IMG/VR virus record: IMGVR_UViG_3300014682_000009
Strand: one strand, 5' to 3'
Source of the DNA: a virus
Lineage: Duplodnaviria; Heunggongvirae; Uroviricota; Caudoviricetes
Length of the DNA: 7,154 nucleotides
This document shows positions 1 to 6,411 of the stretch, piece by piece (positions within the stretch are counted from its first letter, which is position 1; the number at the start of each line of letters is the position of its first letter). The translations under genes were made by a program, and so were the position numbers. The notes below the pieces were generated by a model that did no database searches, was not told the origin of the DNA, and saw only the letters and a list, made by a program, of their open reading frames with translations.

Positions 1-62
1 GTGGACTTCAGGTTGTCCTTCGCTTCGCGCGGGGTATGCCCCTTACTGCTGCCTTTACCCAT
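1..62 (-). CDS. J: Host-specificity / central tail fiber protein J, 5' end only (first 20 codons; gene runs off the window start)
   Basis: Minus-strand ATG at 62..60 followed by MGKGSSKGHTPREAKDNLKS, which matches the N-terminus of lambda gpJ as I recall it. GGAG lies 9 nt upstream of the ATG. The 60-nt gap after the I stop matches lambda I-J spacing from memory. Confidence 0.85.
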   Translation of the reverse strand, partial: MGKGSSKGHTPREAKDNLKS

Positions 63-84
63 TCCTCACGCTCCATAAACGACA

Positions 85-104
85 AAACCGCCCGCAGGCG
101 GTTT
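85..104 (-). terminator. Terminator-like hairpin with U-tract in the I-J intergenic region
   Basis: Minus-strand RNA AAACCGCC-UGCG-GGCGGUUU (stem up to 8 bp with a 5-bp GC core, 4-nt loop) followed by UUUUGUCGUUU; sits between the I stop (125..123) and the J start (62..60). Confidence 0.45.
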
Positions 105-122
105 CACATAAAACATTTTGCA

Positions 123-770
123 TCAGCGACCAATCACCACAACCTGACCACCGTCCCCTTCGTCTGCCGTGCTGATCTCCTGAGAAACCACGCGTGACCC
201 CACGCGCATTTCCCCGTACAGAACAGGCAGAACATTGCCCTGGGCAACCATGTTATCCAGTGAGGAGAAATAGGTGTTCTGCTTACCGTTATCCGTTGTC
301 TGTGTACGGGGAGTTCTGGCTTTCGGTGCCAGCATCTGCGCCACACCACCGAGCACCATACTGGCCCCCGCACCATACATTCCTGTAATTGCGGCAGCCC
401 CCAACCAACCTGCGGGGTTCCACCATGCCACCGCAATCAGCGCCGCCCCCAGCACAGCCTGAAAAAGACCGCCACTTTTGGCTCCCGCCAGACGCGGCAC
501 AATGTGGATCACGGCACCATTTGCCAGCGATTCATTAAGACGGGCTGATAATTCGTTTTCGCCTGCATCACGCCCGGCAATGCGCACCTGATACCAGCCA
601 TCGCTCAGTTTCTGACGAAACGACGGAAGCTGCGTGGCCAGCGCCCGGATGGCTTCAGCCCCCGTTTTCACACGAAGGTCGATGCGGCGACCAAATCGTT
701 GCAAATCCCCGTAAAGACAGATGCGTGCCATTCCCGGTGACGCCAGAGGGAGTGTGTGCGTCGCTGCCAT
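123..770 (-). CDS. I: Tail tip assembly protein I (lambda gpI family)
   Basis: 215-aa ORF; N-terminus MAATHTLPLASPGMARICLYGDLQRFGRRIDLRVKTGAEAIRALATQLP and C-terminus ...VSQEISTADEGDGGQVVVIGR match lambda gpI from memory. AGAGGT SD about 11 nt upstream of the ATG. Overlaps the 3' end of K by 103 nt in another frame, as in lambda. Confidence 0.92.
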   Translation of the reverse strand: MAATHTLPLASPGMARICLYGDLQRFGRRIDLRVKTGAEAIRALATQLPSFRQKLSDGWYQVRIAGRDAGENELSARLNESLANGAVIHIVPRLAGAKSGGLFQAVLGAALIAVAWWNPAGWLGAAAITGMYGAGASMVLGGVAQMLAPKARTPRTQTTDNGKQNTYFSSLDNMVAQGNVLPVLYGEMRVGSRVVSQEISTADEGDGGQVVVIGR

Positions 771-1411
771 TTGTCGGTATACCTCTCTCGTTTACTCAGT
801 TGTTCAGGAATATGGTGCAGCAGCTCGCCGTCGCCGCAGTAAATGGCGGCATGATTCGGTACCGATGAACCAAAGCAGCACAGCAGCACGTCGCCAGGCT
901 GCGCCTCTGTCAGTGCAACACGGTAAAACCCCGTCGCCTCCATATTGTCAAGATAGAGATTCTGACCGTTACGCCACCAGTCATCCCCGCGATGAAAATC
1001 CGGCATCTCAATCCCCGCCAGATGGTAAGCATCCCGGAACAGTGTGTAACAGTCCGTCACCCCGTGCTCAAAGCGCCGCCCGGTAAGATGCGGCACACAG
1101 CGGAACTTGTGAATCGCCCCCCGGCAGACCAGCCACCACGGCAAATCACTCTGCACCTGCAGCCGCCGGTCAGCCTCACTCAGCCAGGGCAGACCACCGG
1201 GGTGGCTGTGGACCAGCGCCACAATCTCACCCTGCATCTCTGCCCGCAGCCAGTCCTCCGGAGCCATCCGGAAATACGCCTCCGGCTCACCGGAGATATT
1301 CACGCAGGGAAAATATCTTTCTCCCTCCGGCGTTCTCACCACGAAGCCGCACGACTCCGCTGGCGCACATCGCCGGGCGTGCGCCAGAATCGCTGATTCT
1401 GTCTCTGTCAT
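668..1411 (-). CDS. K: Tail tip assembly protein K (lambda gpK family) with MPN/JAMM-like and NlpC/P60-like motifs
   Basis: 247-aa ORF. JAMM-type motif H-S-H-x7-S-x2-D in ...VALVHSHPGGLPWLSEADRR; NlpC/P60-type Cys/His signature in ...VTDCYTLFRDAY...NHAAIYCGDGELLHH. The ATG at 1411 lies 5 nt after the L stop with no obvious SD, so translational coupling is likely; an internal Met49 start (199 aa) is the alternative. Confidence 0.88.
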   Translation of the reverse strand: MTETESAILAHARRCAPAESCGFVVRTPEGERYFPCVNISGEPEAYFRMAPEDWLRAEMQGEIVALVHSHPGGLPWLSEADRRLQVQSDLPWWLVCRGAIHKFRCVPHLTGRRFEHGVTDCYTLFRDAYHLAGIEMPDFHRGDDWWRNGQNLYLDNMEATGFYRVALTEAQPGDVLLCCFGSSVPNHAAIYCGDGELLHHIPEQLSKRERYTDKWQRRTHSLWRHREWHASVFTGICNDLVAASTFV

Positions 1412-1416
1412 GGGAT

Positions 1417-2115
1417 TTACTGCGAAAGTTTGTTTATGGAAAGGAAGCCGCCAAAGTTGCCGACGTTATTGCGGAACTTACAACCGCTCAGGCATTTGCT
1501 GCATTTATCCTTCGTGATATCGGACGTTGGCTGGTCATATTCATCCGCGACCGCAGGACCGTGATAACCGCACTCATCGCCGCGATAGGTCCAGGTGCAG
1601 GTGTTGGCCAGCATGATACGTCCCGGAAAAACAGCGCCGTCCGTTTCCGTCGGCGTGGACAGTACAAAAGAGGCACTCACCGCGCTCAGTTCGCTGCACT
1701 GCTCAATGCGCCAGCGGCTGATCACCTCCTGCTCTGGATCGGCGTCACTGTTTCCGTTGACGAAGTTCACCGCATCCAGAAAACGGGCGTAAACCTTACG
1801 CCGGACCACCGTTCCGCCGACCAGACTCTGCAGATCTTCCGCCATCCCGGTGACCATACCGTACAGGTTAGAGACTTTCAGCGTTGGCCTTGCACTGGCT
1901 CCTTTGCCGTTCATCTCAAATCCGCTTCCCTGAATGGGATAGGCCTGATACTGCCGCCCCTGCCAGGTGACTGGTTCACCTTTTTCGTTCTGCTCATTAC
2001 AGAAGAAATAACGATCTCCGCCGACCTCTGTCAGATCAATTTCCCAGAGCACGACCAGCGCGGATTGCTCCGTTTTAGTGCACTCATTGAGTGTTTCCTG
2101 CTGTATATCCTGCAT
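1417..2115 (-). CDS. L: Tail tip protein L (lambda gpL family) with C-terminal Cys4 cluster
   Basis: 232-aa ORF, MQDIQQETLNEC...FGGFLSINKLSQ, near-identical to lambda gpL as I recall it and the same length. Four C-terminal cysteines (CTWTY, ECGY, CSKC, LSGC). Start ATG overlaps the M stop (ATGA). AGAGGT SD upstream. Confidence 0.94.
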   Translation of the reverse strand: MQDIQQETLNECTKTEQSALVVLWEIDLTEVGGDRYFFCNEQNEKGEPVTWQGRQYQAYPIQGSGFEMNGKGASARPTLKVSNLYGMVTGMAEDLQSLVGGTVVRRKVYARFLDAVNFVNGNSDADPEQEVISRWRIEQCSELSAVSASFVLSTPTETDGAVFPGRIMLANTCTWTYRGDECGYHGPAVADEYDQPTSDITKDKCSKCLSGCKFRNNVGNFGGFLSINKLSQ

Positions 2116-2456
2116 CAGTGAGTGACCTCTTCAAAGGTACAGTTAAAATCGGTATACATGGCATTATCCGAAATGCTCCACTCCCTGCAGACAACCCGGA
2201 CAGTCCTGTTGTGTTTTGGCGGACGCCACAAAAAAGCACGAATCCCGGCATGACGGGATAAAAAACTGTCCAGCGCGGCACGGGAATATTCATCTGTGAC
2301 ACGAAATACCGGTTTAAACGTTTTCAGATCCGCATTCAGACCACCAGCCCGTCGCTGTTCATATCCGTCACCAAACTTTACCGTAATAACTGATGGCTTT
2401 CGTGTCGTCTCCATCCCCTCACGGGGGATCCAGTTAAAAACTTCAGGCTCAGGCAC
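2115..2456 (-). CDS. M: Minor tail protein M (lambda gpM family); start uncertain between GTG 2456, ATG 2471 and ATG 2414
   Basis: Translation ...VKFGDGYEQRRAGGLNADLKT...FLWRPP... aligns with lambda gpM (VRFGDGYSQRAPAGLNANLKT...FLWTPP). GTG at 2456 has a strong GGAGGA SD 7 nt upstream (2469..2464) and overlaps the tape-measure stop by 8 nt. The ATG at 2471 sits inside that SD and has no SD of its own. The TTG at 2501 used by the ORF track is unlikely. Confidence 0.85.
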   Translation of the reverse strand: MPEPEVFNWIPREGMETTRKPSVITVKFGDGYEQRRAGGLNADLKTFKPVFRVTDEYSRAALDSFLSRHAGIRAFLWRPPKHNRTVRVVCREWSISDNAMYTDFNCTFEEVTH

Positions 2457-5400
2457 TGTACAATCCTCCATCCCGACGCGATGACTGCATAATTGACACA
2501 ACCCTGCTGTCGATCAGATCCACCAGTCCCCTGGCTGAGCGCGCATCTATCTCGCCATTGCTCCCTTGATTCTGAATGCTGATGTGATACACGGGAGAAT
2601 AAACAAATCCACCGCCACCATTCACATTTCCAATGGCCCTGACCCCAAGAGAGCCGTCCGCTGCCCGTGTCAGTGGCATGATTGCTTCAGGCCCGGCCTC
2701 GCCCATCAACCCGGCACCTTTCGCAAAAGCAAAATACGTCGGTGTATCCACAATAGTGTTACTGTAAGCACTCAGATTTGCCGATGTGTAAACACCACCT
2801 TTTGCGTTTGCCACTGCCCCCGAAATCCATCCGCCGACCGTACCAAGCCACCCTCCGGCACCGGAGAGTGATTTCAGTCCGTTAACAATGGCTGCATTCA
2901 TCAGAATTTTTGAAACTTCCCGGAGAACTGAACTCCCCCAGTTCCTCCAGTCCACAACATTCCCGGCCAGTGCATCGGAAATATTTGATACCAGCCCGTC
3001 CATCGTGGAAACGACAGCATCTGCCGCCTGTGAAGCATAATCGGTGGCACTGTCTGCCCAGTTGGTCAGTCCCTCCTGGAGTCCGGCATTCCAGTTATTA
3101 CGTAAAGCATCGGCCTTTGCATAATAATCCTGCTGATCGCTGAGACGCTCTTCCAGATATTTTTTATTCAGTTCTTTCTCCTGTTTCCACAGGGCTTCTT
3201 CAATTTCTCCGGCCTGATACTGTCTCAGCAGCTCGTTATTTTTCTGCTCAAACGCCTGCCGGATACTCCACATTTCCTGGAGTCGTTCACGCATCCGTGA
3301 GCCTTCACCATATCCCAGCAACTGCGCGTCGTCAGATGCCCGGGCACTGGCATTACTGTCCGCCAGGCTGCTCTCATACGCAGCAAGCTGCTCACGAATC
3401 TTTTTCTGGTCGATGAGTGCTGCATTCTGCAAAAGCGTTTTTTTCTGCGCTTCTGACAGGGTTGATAATTCGCCCTGACTGACCTGATATTTCATCTTAG
3501 CCAGTTCAGTATTCTGCCCTGCCAGTGCTATTTGTTCTTTTTGCTGTTTAATCAGCCGTTTATAAATATCTTCTGTTTTTTCAGCTTCGGTCTTTTTATG
3601 CGCTTTTGGTTTATTTGCCTGGTTATTTCGCCAGGCATCCAGTGAGTTATTGATATAATTCTGTCTGGCTGTCTGATACGCCTCTCCCACAAAGCCGAGA
3701 TCATCCGCAGCATAACCCAGGCGGGCACGCTCACGGGCTTCCCCCTTCAGGCGGGACAGAGCCAGTTCGCGCTCGCTGTTATTCAGTGCTGTCTGCTGTT
3801 TATCATCCAGGGTTGCCTGTGGTAGCCGTAACGGTACATTCACCATCCCCTGTCGCTGCTGAAGTAATTCATTACCGAGCCCGAGAAGGCGATTAAACTC
3901 GGTATGCTGCCCATTCATGATCAACAGGGACTGATACGCTTTGTTTTGTTCCGCTGCCTGTTGACGGATCAACGCCACCCGTCGCTCCTCCAGCCCGGCA
4001 AGCACATCCTGAATGGATTCCGCTTTGCCCTGCATTTGTGTGAGACGGGACTGTTCAACTGCCAGTTGATTTGTTGCTTCTGCAAGCCCTTCTGTGACAG
4101 TTTTTACCGACGTCATGTGGTTAATCATAAAACCGTTATCGGTTGTCCAGCCCGGGTTTGCCAGCACATACTGATAGCCAGCAATTTTTTCCTGTAAGGA
4201 TTTAATCTTACTTTTCTGCTCGTCAATTAACCTGTTTTGCTCATCAAGTGCCTGCCGCGTCTTTTCCTCATTATCTGACGCTTCAGGAAGCGACATTGCC
4301 GACGTTTTCTGGCGAATTTCGTCGATTGTTGCGGCATACTGGCGTGCAGATTCTCTGGCCTGCTCCTGATTCTGATACATCGTGTACCAGGCCGTCGCCC
4401 CCAGCATGACGAGTCCCGGCACACCACCAACCAACCCCAGCGCACCACTTAACAGACGACTCCCCACTGACGTGACAGTATTCAGCGTTGTCTGTGCCGC
4501 TGTTCTGGCCGCAATATTACGGGTAAGTGACGCCTGGGCAGCAGCCAGTTTCGCTTCTGCGGCTGCCTGCCTTTCGGTACCGCGAGCAGCAACAACCGCC
4601 TGTTGCGCACGATAAACCGCCGCACGCGCCCTGGCTGTTGCTATCTGTGTCCCCCGGAGCTGCGCTTCCGCAAGAGCCACTTCGTTTCTGGCTGCAGTAA
4701 TTAATCCGGCAGTTGCAGATCCAGCAGAAGACGCCATATTGCCAAAATATCGGGCTACCCCGACGGCAACCAGAGCACCAGCAGCGGTTGCCACAGTGTC
4801 AATATTGCCTGCAATACCATTCAGCACACCGGAGAGCGTCTTCGTCACTCCGCTTGCCTCGTTCGCACCACCAACCCAGGCCATAAAGGCGTTTTCAACT
4901 TTGGTTGCAGAGGATGAAACCGTATCAGGCATTGCCGCATATTCATCACGTAATGCCCCAAGCTGACTAATCAGTGCAGGAACAACCTTATCGGCGGTCA
5001 GTTTTCCGTTATCCGCCATGGCCTTCAGATCCTTACGGGCAACCCCCATTCCCGCAGCCAGCGCACGAATAACACGATCGCCGTTCTCATTCACCGAGTT
5101 AAACTCTTCACCGCGCAGCACTCCCTGCGCCAGTGCCTGACTGAACTGCGTGATCACCGAACTGGCTTCTGCTGTACTGGCACCGGATAATTTCAGGCCC
5201 GTGGAGATCGCCTCGGTGACTTTCAGTACCTCCTCAGAACTGTAACCATACTCCCGCATGGAAGCTGCAGAACGGGCAAAAAGGCTGGCGTTATCAGAAA
5301 ACGCCGTCCCCGTTCTCTGGCTGATCGCCATTAATTCACGTTGTGATACCTGAAAATCATCACTGGACTGTGAGGCCTGCTTCAGACGGGCATTTACTGA

Positions 5401-5682
5401 ATTCCACTCATCGGCGAGAGAAATAAGATGACCGGTAGCAAAAGCCCCGGCAAATGCCCCCGTCATATTCAGTGCCGAAGATTTAGCTGTATTTATCTGA
5501 TCCGTCACTTCTGCCAGTGCACGCCGCATTTCACGGGATGCAGCAGCGGACTGCCGGCCTCCGTTCTGCATGGTACGGTAGTAATCCTGCCCCATACGCG
5601 AAGCCCGGGAGATCTCTGACTGGAATGACCGGGAATTTGCCGAGATTTTAATAATCAGTTCACGTAATGTCGCCACACTCAT
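2449..5682 (-). CDS. Tail tape measure protein (tail length determinant; lambda gpH functional equivalent, divergent sequence)
   Basis: 1077-aa ORF placed between the G/G-T chaperone genes and M. Long Ala/Gln/Glu/Lys-rich predicted helical stretches, two hydrophobic segments (around ...TVATAAGALVAVGVARYF... and ...LLSGALGLVGGVPGLVMLGATAWY...), and a Gly-rich C-terminal region ending ...RDGGLYSA that resembles the lambda gpH C-terminus (...RDGGLFS...). ATG at 5682 with GGAG immediately upstream (short spacer). Confidence 0.93.
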   Translation of the reverse strand: MSVATLRELIIKISANSRSFQSEISRASRMGQDYYRTMQNGGRQSAAASREMRRALAEVTDQINTAKSSALNMTGAFAGAFATGHLISLADEWNSVNARLKQASQSSDDFQVSQRELMAISQRTGTAFSDNASLFARSAASMREYGYSSEEVLKVTEAISTGLKLSGASTAEASSVITQFSQALAQGVLRGEEFNSVNENGDRVIRALAAGMGVARKDLKAMADNGKLTADKVVPALISQLGALRDEYAAMPDTVSSSATKVENAFMAWVGGANEASGVTKTLSGVLNGIAGNIDTVATAAGALVAVGVARYFGNMASSAGSATAGLITAARNEVALAEAQLRGTQIATARARAAVYRAQQAVVAARGTERQAAAEAKLAAAQASLTRNIAARTAAQTTLNTVTSVGSRLLSGALGLVGGVPGLVMLGATAWYTMYQNQEQARESARQYAATIDEIRQKTSAMSLPEASDNEEKTRQALDEQNRLIDEQKSKIKSLQEKIAGYQYVLANPGWTTDNGFMINHMTSVKTVTEGLAEATNQLAVEQSRLTQMQGKAESIQDVLAGLEERRVALIRQQAAEQNKAYQSLLIMNGQHTEFNRLLGLGNELLQQRQGMVNVPLRLPQATLDDKQQTALNNSERELALSRLKGEARERARLGYAADDLGFVGEAYQTARQNYINNSLDAWRNNQANKPKAHKKTEAEKTEDIYKRLIKQQKEQIALAGQNTELAKMKYQVSQGELSTLSEAQKKTLLQNAALIDQKKIREQLAAYESSLADSNASARASDDAQLLGYGEGSRMRERLQEMWSIRQAFEQKNNELLRQYQAGEIEEALWKQEKELNKKYLEERLSDQQDYYAKADALRNNWNAGLQEGLTNWADSATDYASQAADAVVSTMDGLVSNISDALAGNVVDWRNWGSSVLREVSKILMNAAIVNGLKSLSGAGGWLGTVGGWISGAVANAKGGVYTSANLSAYSNTIVDTPTYFAFAKGAGLMGEAGPEAIMPLTRAADGSLGVRAIGNVNGGGGFVYSPVYHISIQNQGSNGEIDARSARGLVDLIDSRVVSIMQSSRRDGGLYSA

Positions 5683-5692
5683 TCTCCGGACG

Positions 5693-5714
5693 AAAAAAAA
5701 CCGCCGAAGCGGTT
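5693..5714 (-). terminator. Terminator-like hairpin (UUCG tetraloop) with U8 tract in the T-H intergenic region
   Basis: Minus-strand RNA AACCGC-UUCG-GCGGUU followed by a run of eight U in total; lies between the T stop (5725..5723) and the tape-measure ATG (5682). Confidence 0.45.
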
Positions 5715-5722
5715 ATGTTGAC

Positions 5723-6411
5723 TCACTGAGACACTATTAAAAGCGCGTTTTCCAGTCCGGCAAATGGATCTGATACGCCTTCTGTCTGCTCCTTCTCCCA
5801 CTGAAGAAGCGCATCATTCAGTGGCACTTTGACCCCCTGCGCACCGTAAACAGCTGAAACAATCTGGGCAGCCCGGATATCAGCCCGTTCGTCCCCCAGC
5901 GGGCTGAACCTGTCAAATTCTGCCCACATCATGATTTCTGATGCGGACATTTCCCGGCGTAACTCTGACAATGTGCGCCCCATCCTGAGCGCCAGCATCA
6001 TCAGAAAACGCATCCCCGGAAGCTCTACTTTTTTTTAACCTCGCCGGCATCACTGATCAGTTCCAGAGACTGCCGAAGAAGCCGCGCATGCACCGGGCCA
6101 TACACGGCAATCACCTGTTCACGATCATCCTCTGAAAATACAGGTTGCAGTCCGGTATCACACAGAACATCAATGAACAGTTCAACATCTGCCTCCAGAT
6201 TTCGGCGGGCGCGCTCCGCAACGGATAACGGTGTCTCATCATCTTTTGCTTTAACGATCTCCTGCCAGCGCAACCAGGCTTCTGCAGAAGGTTCCCGTAA
6301 TACAACCGTTGCCCCTTCCCATTCAGGCACATCAACAGTTTTATGGCGAAACCCCGACATCGTTGCCAGTGCCAGATTGCGGATATTTTTAGTCATCACA
6401 TCTATCCTCAT
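5723..6411 (-). CDS. GT: G-T fusion chaperone produced by programmed -1 ribosomal frameshift (T segment 5723-6034 in the -1 frame)
   Basis: The 96-aa T ORF (5723..6013) is in the -1 frame relative to G. The -1 frame is closed by TAA at 6037..6035 and open from 6034, so the shift must occur in the heptamer at 6034..6028. Predicted junction ...GEVKKK|VELPGMRFLMMLAL... Confidence 0.85.
6025..6411 (-). CDS. G: Tail assembly chaperone G (lambda gpG functional equivalent)
   Basis: 128-aa acidic ORF immediately downstream of V (TAATG stop/start overlap at 6413..6409), ending ...GEVKKK-TAG with the slippery A_AAA_AAG at its last two codons; position and frameshift architecture are diagnostic of G. 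Confidence 0.88.
   Translation of the reverse strand: MRIDVMTKNIRNLALATMSGFRHKTVDVPEWEGATVVLREPSAEAWLRWQEIVKAKDDETPLSVAERARRNLEADVELFIDVLCDTGLQPVFSEDDREQVIAVYGPVHARLLRQSLELISDAGEVKKK
6028..6034 (-). other. Slippery heptamer A_AAA_AAG (X_XXY_YYZ) for the G-T -1 frameshift, abutting the G stop codon
   Basis: Minus-strand reading GAG GTT AAA AAA AAG TAG, part of an 8-A run (plus 6029-6036 is T8); the zero-frame stop TAG is at 6027..6025, directly 3' of the heptamer. Confidence 0.8.

Noticed and set aside
194-2121. Plus-strand ORFs 194..388, 274..462, 721..1086, 992..1396, 1561..2121 and 1595..1792
   Set aside because: All lie antisense to the strongly supported I, K and L genes in GC-rich DNA where long shadow ORFs are expected; they have no SD or recognisable protein features.
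2499-2501. TTG start for M at 2501 (the start used in the ORF track)
   Set aside because: It would give a 53-nt overlap with the tape measure and an N-terminal extension (MCQLCSHRVG) with no counterpart in lambda gpM; GTG 2456 with a GGAGGA SD, or ATG 2471, is far more plausible.
5683-5722. Possible small ORF or promoter in the T-H spacer
   Set aside because: The 40-nt spacer is fully explained by the hairpin/U-tract and the tape-measure SD; there is no ORF and no convincing -35/-10 pair.
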